A DNA stretch of 64,000 nt from a virus, in the IMG/VR virus record IMGVR_UViG_3300035663_000003, positions 1 to 64,000 of that record. One strand, written 5' to 3'. The translations under genes were made by a program, and so were the position numbers. Below are positions 1 to 10,449 of the stretch, piece after piece. Each line of letters starts with the position of its first letter. Position 1 is the stretch's first letter. The notes beneath the pieces are model-generated. The model saw only the letters and a program-made list of their open reading frames with translations. It made no database searches and was not told the origin of the DNA.

Positions 1-2394
1 CCTGTTTTAATTTCTGATTATAATAACGCTGGTGGATCTGGAACTGTAACTTCTGTTGCAATGACAGTTCCAACAGGTTTATCAGTAAGCGGAACACCTG
101 TTACAACAACTGGAACATTAGCAGTAACATTAACTTCGGGTTATTCAATCCCAACAACATCTTCCCAAACAAATTGGGATTCAGCGTACACTCAAAGGCT
201 TCAGTGGGATGGTGGGGCAACAAACCTAGTAGCAGCGACAGGCAGAACAAGTTTAAACCTTAATAATGTTGAAAACACAGCACTGTCCACTTGGAATGGT
301 TCAACAAATATAACTACAGTTGGTTCAGCTACTACTAGAAACCTTACTATTGCACCATTAAGTCAATCTAATACAGCACCATCTAAATGTCTTACTGTAA
401 CAGCCCCTGCACACACTAATCTAACTTCGGGTTCTGAATGTATTGATATAGATATTAATCTTGCAAGAACCGTATCTTTTGCTTGGGGACAAGCACAATT
501 TGCGAAAGGCATTAGAATACAGGCTCCAACATATAGTGTAGTTGGTTCTACTATGGGTGGTATGACAGGAGCAGCAACTGTACATATAGACTCTGCACCT
601 ATTGCTGGAACTTCTTTAGGTATAGGTAATTCTTATGCTTTAAGAGTTCTAACAGGAACAACTGCTGGGCATGGAATTACAGTCTTAGGGGTAAATGGTC
701 AAACAGGAGATTTATTTCAAGCTCAAGTGTACTCAAGTCCAGTGTTTGCAAATGGTTTTTCTAATTTTCTCAATGCTTTTACAATCAGTAGTAACGGAAG
801 TGTACTCTTAGGCCCAACTGGAACTTCTGCTGGTAAAACGAACGAGCTTCGTTTTTTAGAACTATATGCCAACGGACAAAACTATGTAGGATTTAAAGCC
901 TCAGATAGTATTGATTCAAATGTAATTTGGACACTCCCCGCAGCAGATGGAACAGCGGGCCAAGTATTATCTACCAACGCAAGCGGTGTCTTATCCTGGT
1001 CATCGGCAGGCTCTGGAACAGTTACATCAATTGCAACCACTTCCCCAATAACAGGTGGGACAATAACCGGAACTGGCACAATCGGAATAAACGCAACAAG
1101 TGCAAACACTGCTTCTTATGTAGTTCAACGAGATGCTTCTGGAGACTTTAGTGCTGGTAAAATAACGCTTGGAGGTTCTGGTTCAAGCACTTCGGCCCAA
1201 TTGACTTTTTCTGGATCGACTAATAACTGGATCGATTTAGGGACAAACGGATACGGTGCACCAACATTTACAACTCGAAGTGTTGGTACAAAAGTTGTTT
1301 TTTATAAAGACCTTGGTGCATCATCTACTGATTACGCTGCTGGTGTTCAACTTAATTCATTATGGTTTTCCATACCAGCAGCGACTTCAGACCGAGCATT
1401 TAGATTTTATGGCGGAACGACTAATATAGCCAGTTTGACTGGTGATGGTAGTTTTTCTGCAAACAAAAAAATTACTGGCGAAACTCTAAGTTCTACCGTA
1501 GCTATTGGCACAGCACCGATTACTGTAACATCAACCACACAGGTTGCTAACTTAAACGCTTCCTTGCTCGAAAGTTATTCCACGGCTACTGCAAATACAG
1601 TTAGCACTATAGTACGCAGGGATGCTTCTGGAAACTTTTCTGCTGGCACTATCACCGCAGCGTTAACAGGGAACGCATCAACTGCAACTAGTCTCGCTGG
1701 CGGTGGAGCTGGTCAAGTTCCTTACAACACAGCATCTGGTGCAACTAGTTTTCTTGCTGCTGGAACAGCGGGGCAAGTATTACAATCAAATGGAACATCT
1801 GCTCCTTCATGGTCTACTGTAACTGCTGGTAGTTCGGTAACAACTTCTGCAACAGCCCCTGCTTCCCCAACTGCGGGAAACCAATGGTACGACACCAACA
1901 CAGGCATCATCTACACCTATGTCAACGATGGTACTTCCTCCCAGTGGGTACAAGGTTCTACAGCAACGCTTGCTACGGGAGTTCCAGCAGGGGGAACAAC
2001 TAACCAGTTTTTGGTAAAAAGTAGTGCAACCGATTACGCAACCGCATGGACAGGTACGCTTATTAATCCTACTTTTACTAACTACACCGAAACGCTTTAC
2101 GATGCAGGCACAGGATCTGCCTTCACCTTAAACCTTTCTAACGGAACCATTCAAAAGTTTACCACCAATGCAAACATGACACTAACACTCCCTGCTTCTA
2201 CAGCGGGTAAGTCCTTTGTTGTAATAGTAGTGTACGGTGCAGTAAACACATTAACATGGAGCAGCCCTTCAACCTTAAAGTGGGTAGGTGGAACTACCCC
2301 CACAGCAACTAGTGTTGCTGGAAAGATTGACATCTTTTCTTTCTTCCAAGACGGTACAAATACCTACGGAACTGTATACGGACAAAACTTCTAA
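1..2394 (+). CDS. Long tail fibre protein (5'-partial; frame is open from base 1)
   Basis: Thr/Ser/Gly-rich. Repeated fibre motifs GTAGQVL..N..G..SW (x2) and RDASG.FSAG.IT (x2). C-terminal module LKWVGGTTPT..GKIDIFSFFQDG. Confidence 0.85.
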   Translation, partial: PVLISDYNNAGGSGTVTSVAMTVPTGLSVSGTPVTTTGTLAVTLTSGYSIPTTSSQTNWDSAYTQRLQWDGGATNLVAATGRTSLNLNNVENTALSTWNGSTNITTVGSATTRNLTIAPLSQSNTAPSKCLTVTAPAHTNLTSGSECIDIDINLARTVSFAWGQAQFAKGIRIQAPTYSVVGSTMGGMTGAATVHIDSAPIAGTSLGIGNSYALRVLTGTTAGHGITVLGVNGQTGDLFQAQVYSSPVFANGFSNFLNAFTISSNGSVLLGPTGTSAGKTNELRFLELYANGQNYVGFKASDSIDSNVIWTLPAADGTAGQVLSTNASGVLSWSSAGSGTVTSIATTSPITGGTITGTGTIGINATSANTASYVVQRDASGDFSAGKITLGGSGSSTSAQLTFSGSTNNWIDLGTNGYGAPTFTTRSVGTKVVFYKDLGASSTDYAAGVQLNSLWFSIPAATSDRAFRFYGGTTNIASLTGDGSFSANKKITGETLSSTVAIGTAPITVTSTTQVANLNASLLESYSTATANTVSTIVRRDASGNFSAGTITAALTGNASTATSLAGGGAGQVPYNTASGATSFLAAGTAGQVLQSNGTSAPSWSTVTAGSSVTTSATAPASPTAGNQWYDTNTGIIYTYVNDGTSSQWVQGSTATLATGVPAGGTTNQFLVKSSATDYATAWTGTLINPTFTNYTETLYDAGTGSAFTLNLSNGTIQKFTTNANMTLTLPASTAGKSFVVIVVYGAVNTLTWSSPSTLKWVGGTTPTATSVAGKIDIFSFFQDGTNTYGTVYGQNF

Positions 2395-3476
2395 TGTTTT
2401 TACACCACTCTACATCTTTTAAAGTTAGTAGTGCATTGTACCCTTTTACAACGCAAACTTTTACTAACGCTGGTGTAACAGGAAGATTTGGGCCTACTAT
2501 TACTCAATGTCGAACCGCATACACCTCATCATCTTGGACAGCAAACAGTCTTTACTTCAACATGACTACGCAGGGCTATCAGTTGTGGACAGTCCCTGCT
2601 ACTGGTGTGTACAACTTTTTTATAGCGGGATCAAGAGCCGGTATTTATCCTGGTCAATCAACAACAGGAAGTCTTGGTTTTGGTGCTTCTATACAAGCTC
2701 GCCTTTCTTTAACCATAAACCAAGTCATCACCATCATCTGTGGTTCTTATACAGATGCTACAACAGCGAGTAATTTTAGTAGCTACCAAGGCTTAGGGGG
2801 AGGTGGAGGAACATTCGTTTCTAGCGGAGCTACTCTTTTACTAGCAGCGGGAGGCGGTGGTGGTAACTCTCTTTACGGTGGGACTTTTTTAGGAACAAGT
2901 GGGGCCTTAGCTACAACAGGAAGACCTTCTGTATGTAGTGCTTCTCATTCTGTTTCCCTTGGAGGAACCGCAGGCTCTGGTGGTACGGTAGGGTCTTCGT
3001 CAAATCAATACAACGGTGGTGCTGGCGGTGGTTGGAACTCCGTAGGTTATAACGGCAATACAACGACAACACGCCCTTTTCCACAAACCAATTATTATGG
3101 AGAAGGTGGTTACACCTACTCTAACGGATTTTATGGTGGAGATAGTAATTACGCTTGGGGCAACCCTTCTACTTACGCTTCATCCAAAGGAGGATTTGGT
3201 GGAGGTGGAGGTGGTAACGGAATTATTTGCGGTGGCGGTGGCGGTGGCTATTCTGGAGGTGGTGCTGGACAGGGTGGAGCAGGTACTATAGGAAACGCTG
3301 GCGGTGGTGGAGGCTCTTACATAATATCTAGTGCTACCAATGTTGGAACCCCTAACGGAACCTTTGAAGGCATCAGTACTTTCAATGGTGTTACCATTCA
3401 AAATCTAGGCGGTACAAATTTCCCTCTCTACGGATTTAACAACAGTAGTGGAGTTGTTACAGTAACTAAAATTTAA
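2394..3476 (+). CDS. Glycine-rich fibre-tip/adhesin protein with ALK/LTK-like glycine-rich domain
   Basis: FTNAGVTGRFGPT..QC..AY...GYQLWTVPATGVY followed by poly-Gly tracts. TAATG coupling to the fibre gene. Confidence 0.7.
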   Translation: MFLHHSTSFKVSSALYPFTTQTFTNAGVTGRFGPTITQCRTAYTSSSWTANSLYFNMTTQGYQLWTVPATGVYNFFIAGSRAGIYPGQSTTGSLGFGASIQARLSLTINQVITIICGSYTDATTASNFSSYQGLGGGGGTFVSSGATLLLAAGGGGGNSLYGGTFLGTSGALATTGRPSVCSASHSVSLGGTAGSGGTVGSSSNQYNGGAGGGWNSVGYNGNTTTTRPFPQTNYYGEGGYTYSNGFYGGDSNYAWGNPSTYASSKGGFGGGGGGNGIICGGGGGGYSGGGAGQGGAGTIGNAGGGGGSYIISSATNVGTPNGTFEGISTFNGVTIQNLGGTNFPLYGFNNSSGVVTVTKI

Positions 3477-3487
3477 GGTGTCTTATT

Positions 3488-3970
3488 ATGCCAATTAATT
3501 TTCCATCTACTCCAACTTCATTACAAGAATACACCTACGAAGGTAAGACTTGGTATTGGAACGCTTCGGCATGGCAGTTGAAAGGTACAGATTTAAATGC
3601 GTGGGCAGGGTCTACAAGCATTACTACTGTAGGCACATTAACAACCCCTGTTATCACAGGTTTGAAAGAAACTAAATCTGTTTTATCTACGAACAATGTA
3701 GACCTAACGCTTGGAAACTACTTCACAAAAACCATAACAGCCCTTACTACTTTTACCGTGACCAATACTCCCACTACTGGAATTGTAGGAAGCTTTATTC
3801 TTGATCTTACTAACGGTGGGGCATTCACTATTACTTGGTGGTCTGGTGTAAAGTGGGCAAGTGGAACAGCCCCTACATTAACCGCATCGGGAAGAGACTG
3901 TTTAGGCTTTTTTACTCACGATGGTGGTGCAACTTGGACAGGACTTTTGCTTGGAAAGGACATTAGATAA
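3488..3970 (+). CDS. Short fibre/adapter protein
   Basis: N-terminal MPINFPSTPT..YTYEGKTWYWN motif typical of phage tail proteins. C-terminal VKWASGTAPTLTASGRDCLGFFTHDGG resembles the C-terminus of the long fibre. Confidence 0.65.
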   Translation: MPINFPSTPTSLQEYTYEGKTWYWNASAWQLKGTDLNAWAGSTSITTVGTLTTPVITGLKETKSVLSTNNVDLTLGNYFTKTITALTTFTVTNTPTTGIVGSFILDLTNGGAFTITWWSGVKWASGTAPTLTASGRDCLGFFTHDGGATWTGLLLGKDIR

Positions 3971-4842
3971 TGAGTGTTCGAGGAATCATTATGGCTGCTG
4001 CTGGTTTAAGTGTGTCCGCACCTCCAGCAGTTGCAGGATCTCAAACTTTATATTACACAGGCTCAACGCAAAGTTTTACTGTTCCCTCTGGTAAATCTAC
4101 TATCACCATAAAAATATGGGGTGCTGGTGGTGGTTCCAATAGAGATTATGGTGCTGGCGGTGGTGGAGGCTACACAGGTGGTAGTCTAACTGTAACCTCT
4201 GGCGAAGTGTTGACAATCTATGTAGGTCAAGGTGGACTAGGGGGTGGCAATTCTTCAGATGAAACAACATCATTAGACAGTCCATCGACACGACTTACTG
4301 GTGGAAACGGAGGATGGCCTAATGGGGGAACAGGTGGTTCTGCATCAGCTTATGGGGGTGGTGGTGGTGGTGGTGGATACAGCGGAATCTTTAGGGGTGC
4401 TACTCCTTTAGCAATTGCGGGAGGGGGCGGTGGAGGTGGAGATGATAATAGTGCAGCAGCGGGTGGAGGATCAGTAGGAGGGAATGGACAAGGAAGTGGT
4501 GGTACTCAAAGTGCAGGAGGTACTAGTGCTGGAAGCCCTACAACAGCTAGTGGATATTTGGTAGGAGCGGGGGGTGGTTCGGGTGCTGGTGGTGGTGGAG
4601 GTAGTGGGTACTACGGAGGGGGTAACGCTTCAGCTTGGCAAGGAGGTGGTGGTGGATCTGGCTATGTCACAGGGTCTTTAACTACAACAGCAGGAAGTGG
4701 AACTACCCCAGGAAATTCAGCGGATGCAAGCAGAGGAACTTATGGTAATGGTGCTCCAGCGGGAGGAACAGGAGAAAATAGTGCATCCACAAGGTTAGGT
4801 CTTAAAGGCAAAAATGGTCTAGTAATTATTTCGTGGACTTAA
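3970..4842 (+). CDS. Second glycine-rich fibre-tip/adhesin protein
   Basis: YTGSTQSFTVPSG..ITIKIWGAGGG, LTIYVGQGG, LAIAGGGGG and C-terminal GKNGLVIISW. TAATG coupling to the adapter gene. Confidence 0.7.
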   Translation: MSVRGIIMAAAGLSVSAPPAVAGSQTLYYTGSTQSFTVPSGKSTITIKIWGAGGGSNRDYGAGGGGGYTGGSLTVTSGEVLTIYVGQGGLGGGNSSDETTSLDSPSTRLTGGNGGWPNGGTGGSASAYGGGGGGGGYSGIFRGATPLAIAGGGGGGGDDNSAAAGGGSVGGNGQGSGGTQSAGGTSAGSPTTASGYLVGAGGGSGAGGGGGSGYYGGGNASAWQGGGGGSGYVTGSLTTTAGSGTTPGNSADASRGTYGNGAPAGGTGENSASTRLGLKGKNGLVIISWT

Positions 4843-4852
4843 GGAGTTAGTT

Positions 4853-5479
4853 ATGTTTTTACGAGTGACTACGGATGGTTCAATTGTGTACCCTTTTGAT
4901 ATTGATCTTTTGCGTTTGGAGAACCCTACGGTTTCTTTACCTCAAAATTTGATTCCCCATCTAGAGAGTTTTGGTGTACACCCCGTAACACCAACCATTG
5001 CACCAGAATACGATCCTTTGTTTCGTCATATACAAGAAGTTACCCCTACAAAAACTCCAGATGGTTCTTATGCTCAGGAATGGTTTATCGCTGCTAAGTA
5101 TCTTCCAGAGGAAGAAGCTCCTTTACGGCTGCAATACGCTAAAAAACAAAAACTTTCCCAAATAGAAAATGAGTGGGCAACGCTAGAGTCCGCTGGTTGG
5201 GATTCTGGCCAAGGCTATCATTTAGGTATTACCCCGTCTGATGTAGCTCTTATTGTAGGAGTGTTTTCTTTAGCAAGAGAAGCATCGGCAATGGGTATGC
5301 CTTTGCCAAAATTAATAAGCATGGAAAACAATTCAATTGAATTTGAAACAATACAAGATATGACTGTATTACTTATGTATTATGGTAATGCTAGGTCAGA
5401 TATGGCTAAGAATTTTGCTCAAAAACGCAAAGCTGTAGAAGCTGCAACAACCATAGAAGAAGTAAACGCAATCAGCTAA
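4853..5479 (+). CDS. Tail fibre assembly/chaperone-like protein (DUF4376-like C-terminus)
   Basis: YPF..LR.ENP.VSLP, PEYDP and C-terminal KAVEAATTIEEVNAI. Lies directly after the fibre genes. Confidence 0.55.
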   Translation: MFLRVTTDGSIVYPFDIDLLRLENPTVSLPQNLIPHLESFGVHPVTPTIAPEYDPLFRHIQEVTPTKTPDGSYAQEWFIAAKYLPEEEAPLRLQYAKKQKLSQIENEWATLESAGWDSGQGYHLGITPSDVALIVGVFSLAREASAMGMPLPKLISMENNSIEFETIQDMTVLLMYYGNARSDMAKNFAQKRKAVEAATTIEEVNAIS

Positions 5480-5485
5480 AAACCG

Positions 5486-5514
5486 TTGATTATAAACAAC
5501 ATTAAAGGTATGAT
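5486..5514 (+). promoter_or_regulatory. sigma70-like promoter
   Basis: TTGATT-17 bp-TATGAT upstream of AGGAG and ATG 5541. Confidence 0.55.
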
Positions 5515-5540
5515 AAGTTCCTATAAGATTTAGGAGCGTT

Positions 5541-6461
5541 ATGGCGATTTCTCAACCAAACTTTAATAAGTTTTCTCGCGGAATAGGTATATCCGCAAGT
5601 GCATTAAATAAAATTGCAGAAAATACCGCGTCTAATAGTGTTAACGTTCCTACAGACGGTGGCATTAATTCTATAAACAGTTCGGCAGGTACTAGATTTA
5701 ACTTATCTGAAAATATAGCTAGACCTCCAATATGGGCTCAAATTGTATCGATTCAAAGAATAGAAAGCGAATTAGGTCTTTCTGGTGGAAGCGGGTCAGG
5801 AGTGGGTGGTACTTCGGCATGTCCTTCTTATGTTTATGCTTATGGTTGGGTAGAGCTTGTTGAAGATTTAAACATAGACAGAAAAGGACAAGAATTTTTT
5901 TACATAGCACCTATTCCAAAGGCATCTGGCTCAGGTTCAACTTCTGGAGCAAACGGTTCTGTTATTAATGATAGCAATACAAAAGATCAAAGCGTTTTAC
6001 AATGCCGTGATATTAATCAATTAAATGCAAGTGTTGGTGGTATGACAGGATCACCTGACAGTTGTCCAGCATTAGAAGTTAACAATCAAGTTGTTTCTTT
6101 AGGCACAGTTGTAAAGTTGTACTTTGGACAAGGCAACTACATGTTGTTTAACAACACAGGTAGTAGTGCTGCTGGAACGTCTTCTAATTTTATTGATGTA
6201 ATTACTAACGTCTGTCCTATTTTTGAAGAGGTTGAACCTGCTATAGGTGTAACACTTATTAATACTTCAAACGGAATTAAAGGTGGGCCTATCACATCTT
6301 CGGGAACAATTCAGCTTAGTTCTTCTGGTGTAAAAACAGGAACATACATAAACCCAACTATTGTTGTAGATACTTACGGAAGAATAACACAAGCAACAAC
6401 TAATGATTTAGAAGATCGAATAGCCGATTTAGAAGCAAGGGTTACTGCTTTAGGCGGTTAA
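5541..6461 (+). CDS. Putative virion structural protein
   Basis: Fibre-type motif GGPITSSGTIQL..GV.TGTY...VDTYGRIT and a C-terminal coiled coil LEDRIADLEARV. Confidence 0.55.
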   Translation: MAISQPNFNKFSRGIGISASALNKIAENTASNSVNVPTDGGINSINSSAGTRFNLSENIARPPIWAQIVSIQRIESELGLSGGSGSGVGGTSACPSYVYAYGWVELVEDLNIDRKGQEFFYIAPIPKASGSGSTSGANGSVINDSNTKDQSVLQCRDINQLNASVGGMTGSPDSCPALEVNNQVVSLGTVVKLYFGQGNYMLFNNTGSSAAGTSSNFIDVITNVCPIFEEVEPAIGVTLINTSNGIKGGPITSSGTIQLSSSGVKTGTYINPTIVVDTYGRITQATTNDLEDRIADLEARVTALGG

Positions 6462-6477
6462 AATATAGGTATTTTAT

Positions 6478-9400
6478 ATGGCAGACACCGTAAAAGCAGT
6501 TACTGGATTAAACTTAGAGTATTCTAGGTTTAGTTTACCTACTAAAACAAATCCTATTGCTGTAACTACCGTAAGCAATCCTGACTGCAACTGTTCTCCG
6601 TCTGAAGCTCAATATCAATTTCCTGTTAACTGGGATACTGGTCCAGAAAAACTAGATGTATTTTTTTATCCTAGAAATTACAGCGGATCAGACCTTTCTC
6701 TTTTTACTGGCAATCAAGGACTATCTAGAAATATAAGACCACAGTATGGCGGTAATACGGAAAATTTATTTTCTTCTGTTGGAACAGCTTATATAGAAGA
6801 CTCTGTTGACAATCCTTATCAACCAATAACACTCACTAAAACAGAAAATGTTTTTAAAGATCATCCAGATATTCCTAAGAAAAGGGTATCATCTACAACT
6901 AACACTGATTCTTCTTACGCTGTTTTTTATGATACCCATGCAAACATTTCTCGAAAGTGTTGGGCGGGAACTGCAACCTTAGGAGAAGATAATGTTTTAG
7001 TTATTTATACGTATTCTAAAACAGGAATTTCTATTGTACTTTGTTATTTAGAAGGAGCATCTACAGAGTGTATTCATTCTGATGACGAAGCTCACGGTCC
7101 TCATTCAGTAATAATCGATTTAGGGCCTGGAACAAGTTTTGGATCTAAGTCTGCATTTACTACTAAAGAAAATTACTTGTTTAATGACTCATATTATTAT
7201 TCTTTAGATATGGGATCTATTTTACAATATTACACATTTACAAATAGTTTTAATGGTTATTGGAATGGATGGTACGGTTGGAATAGTAACTATGGGTTAG
7301 ACTCTGTTTATAGTGGTTACTATGGATACTACAATTATGTTAACAACAATTATTACTATTATCATAAACAAACCTCTTATGCTACTTATGTTAAAGATGC
7401 TCCGTTAGAAGGAACTTCTAATTGGTTTTGTGTTAGTGGTCGCCCTCAATCGGTGTATCACAATGTTATGGACGCAGGTATACCTAATTGGAGACAAACA
7501 ACAGAAGAGGAAAGAGAAACAGCTATAAACAGTTTTGGATCTGGAGTTGATTCTTTTTCCTACATAACTGTTTATTGGGCTACTATAGGTGAAGTAGCTG
7601 CTGTACCAGAATTACGGTATACCGATTGCAATGGAGTTAGCCATGTACTTCAAGCAGAAATTCCAGCAAGGGCTGCTGACGAAGAACCAGATTGGGAAAA
7701 CCCGTGGGTATACGCATCAGATGACGGCAATGGTAATTTTATATATTCTTTAACACCTTTGTTAGCAGGGTGGAATTGGTACTATTATAATTATTGGGGC
7801 TTTTATAATTCATATATAAGATTAGCATCAAATGATTATAGTTGGTATTACTACGGAAACATAGGTTCCCCTACAGCTAATGCAGAATGTTATAGTTATT
7901 ATTATTACTATGGTTATAACTATATGTGGGGGTTTAACGGCTACGGCCCATACTCAAACGGAACTTGGGAAATTAACCCTAATGTTCCTGGTGCAGTAGC
8001 TTATGCTTGTGGAACCCCCGTTAACGAAGTTGACCTTGATGATGGAACTACAACTTACGGTGTAATGGAGTTACTAAGTGTAAACAGCACAAGCGTAAGC
8101 TGGCCTCGTTTTGGAATAGATGGCGCAGCGTACCAAGCAATGTACACAGCTTATTTTTGCACTCCATCTAATAATCCGTGCGGTAGACCTTTATACACTC
8201 CTTACAAACAAATAGGAACTGTAAGCTCTAAATACACTAAAGCTGTATACAAAATAAAAGCTGTTAATCTTCCTATTAATTTAGGTGTTCCTTACTGGAC
8301 TCGAATTACAGATGATGAGCAAGAAGAATTTCCATTAGAACAAGTTAATAGAGAGTACGTTACCGAACCGGGATATCTTCTTTCTACTTATTATGGGTCT
8401 ATTGAAGCAACAGCTAAAGAACAAGGTAGGTCTAATTATAGTTACCTTGGAAATTTTTGTTATTCGTATGGATATGATTCTGTAAAATATGAAGTATATC
8501 CAGCAGTCGAAGGTGGCGACGAACTAGTACTTTCTGAATGTAATGAATATAGCAATTACTATTACAATTGGTATTCTGGCAAACAAAGGTATTTAAATTT
8601 AAAATTTAAAGCTGCTTATATCCCTTATTTTTTTAGTGGTGTTAGACCAAGTGAAGGTTTAGTTTATCCTCCAAATTTAACAGAACCTAAAGTAAGAATA
8701 TTTTCAACAGACCCTCCAGATCCAGAAGAATTTAGAGACAGTAATTATCCAAAATATTATTTTCAAGAGTTTGATCCTTCTATAATTATGGTTTCAGAAT
8801 CAAAATTACTAGAAGTACCACCCTTAACGGTAACAGATCCACCAACACCACCGACCAAAATATATTTACCCGATTACGAAAATGCTACAACTAAACCAAC
8901 AATACTTCCTCGTGCAACAACCATGTTACAAACAGTTGCAGAACAAACAGAATATTTTCAATGCGAGTATTTAAAAGGAGAATTTAACGATTGGTATTAT
9001 TACTTCCCACCAAGCTTTTTAACTTCTGGTGAAATAGATGAACGATTAGATTTTCCAGAAGATATCTATGACTGCCAAAATACTCTTACTCCTACTATAC
9101 CTTACATTCCAAAAGCAGCTTTTCTTTTCGATCCAAATAAAGGAGAAGATCAATTACGAAGTGCAGGTACATCTTTTAATTATTACAATTATTACAACAA
9201 CCTATCTATTTCTTCTTTAGATTATCCAGAAATAACCGCTGCAATTTATAACTACCAACGAGAAGTAACAGATGAAAACAACAACAATACATACCCTCAA
9301 TATCTTCCCGGCTATGTTCATGTATATGGTAATCAAGTATATGATTATGATTACATTCCTACTGGTTCTAACATGGCAGGAATGTGTAATTACATGTACG

Positions 9401-10440
9401 GCATTACTTCAATTGTTATGGGAGGCACAGATCTTTGCACTCCTATTACACTTGAAAACGGATATATTTCTAGTTGTGGAACAAACTTAAAAAAAGTTGA
9501 ACCTGAATATTCTGTAATGACAGGACTTGCTTATTACGATGCGTATGATGCAAGTAGAGCAGCTTCTGATGCTGCGTATGAATCTGCATTATCAAGAGCT
9601 AAATATAACAGTCACGCTATACCACATGAATATAAGTATGTAACAAGTTACACTGCTTCTGGTTCCCCAGAAACTGGTTATACTTGTACTCCGAATTACT
9701 CAACACTAAATTTTAATTGGTATATTGTAATGGTTGATGGAGCTTATACTAATGGTGGAAATTCTTATTGGGGTTACGGATTTAATAGTGGATTTACAAA
9801 ATCTTATTATGATGTAACCTTGCCAATTTGGGGAAGAGTGTCAGGGCTTTATTGGTATAACGGTTATTACAATTATTATAATCCGTATGGATGGCCTTAT
9901 AATAATATTGGTGGAGATGGAAGCTTTTTAGATTGTGACGTGATTGTTGCAGACATGGGTTATACAGCAAGAAAACAAGAACTTACTGGAAACAATTTAT
10001 CTAGCGGTTATAGTCCTTGGAGTTATGGAGGTTATTTTAATTACGGCTATAGTAATTTAAAAAAATTAAACATTTCTGATATTGGTGGTTTTGGAACATC
10101 TGTAACTTTTGTAGATACTAGTGCTTTAGTAAAACAAGAAGTTCCCGAATCTTGTGGTACTGGCTGTATGACACCTACATCAGAAACAGATGTGTTTTAT
10201 TTTGATCTTTCTTCTTCTGCGGGATTACAATTTTTTAGAGGTTATGGTTATGGGTATTATGGTTCTTTTTCATTAATGGGTGAAATGTATTGTGTAGAAC
10301 CTAATACTGTTTCTGGTGGATGTCAAACGGCAACAGAAACTGTTCGGCTTTCTCCTGAGTTCCCAGAAATTCCTCCTGTTAACCCGTGTAGTCCAGAAGA
10401 TTATTATTGGGTAGAACCTTGCACTCATTTTTCTTCATAG
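6478..10440 (+). CDS. Giant Tyr/Asn/Gly/Trp- and Cys-rich protein, putative virion/adhesion protein
   Basis: 1320-aa ORF with multiple aromatic low-complexity patches, located in the tail region. Confidence 0.6.
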   Translation: MADTVKAVTGLNLEYSRFSLPTKTNPIAVTTVSNPDCNCSPSEAQYQFPVNWDTGPEKLDVFFYPRNYSGSDLSLFTGNQGLSRNIRPQYGGNTENLFSSVGTAYIEDSVDNPYQPITLTKTENVFKDHPDIPKKRVSSTTNTDSSYAVFYDTHANISRKCWAGTATLGEDNVLVIYTYSKTGISIVLCYLEGASTECIHSDDEAHGPHSVIIDLGPGTSFGSKSAFTTKENYLFNDSYYYSLDMGSILQYYTFTNSFNGYWNGWYGWNSNYGLDSVYSGYYGYYNYVNNNYYYYHKQTSYATYVKDAPLEGTSNWFCVSGRPQSVYHNVMDAGIPNWRQTTEEERETAINSFGSGVDSFSYITVYWATIGEVAAVPELRYTDCNGVSHVLQAEIPARAADEEPDWENPWVYASDDGNGNFIYSLTPLLAGWNWYYYNYWGFYNSYIRLASNDYSWYYYGNIGSPTANAECYSYYYYYGYNYMWGFNGYGPYSNGTWEINPNVPGAVAYACGTPVNEVDLDDGTTTYGVMELLSVNSTSVSWPRFGIDGAAYQAMYTAYFCTPSNNPCGRPLYTPYKQIGTVSSKYTKAVYKIKAVNLPINLGVPYWTRITDDEQEEFPLEQVNREYVTEPGYLLSTYYGSIEATAKEQGRSNYSYLGNFCYSYGYDSVKYEVYPAVEGGDELVLSECNEYSNYYYNWYSGKQRYLNLKFKAAYIPYFFSGVRPSEGLVYPPNLTEPKVRIFSTDPPDPEEFRDSNYPKYYFQEFDPSIIMVSESKLLEVPPLTVTDPPTPPTKIYLPDYENATTKPTILPRATTMLQTVAEQTEYFQCEYLKGEFNDWYYYFPPSFLTSGEIDERLDFPEDIYDCQNTLTPTIPYIPKAAFLFDPNKGEDQLRSAGTSFNYYNYYNNLSISSLDYPEITAAIYNYQREVTDENNNNTYPQYLPGYVHVYGNQVYDYDYIPTGSNMAGMCNYMYGITSIVMGGTDLCTPITLENGYISSCGTNLKKVEPEYSVMTGLAYYDAYDASRAASDAAYESALSRAKYNSHAIPHEYKYVTSYTASGSPETGYTCTPNYSTLNFNWYIVMVDGAYTNGGNSYWGYGFNSGFTKSYYDVTLPIWGRVSGLYWYNGYYNYYNPYGWPYNNIGGDGSFLDCDVIVADMGYTARKQELTGNNLSSGYSPWSYGGYFNYGYSNLKKLNISDIGGFGTSVTFVDTSALVKQEVPESCGTGCMTPTSETDVFYFDLSSSAGLQFFRGYGYGYYGSFSLMGEMYCVEPNTVSGGCQTATETVRLSPEFPEIPPVNPCSPEDYYWVEPCTHFSS

Positions 10441-10449
10441 GAATATTTA

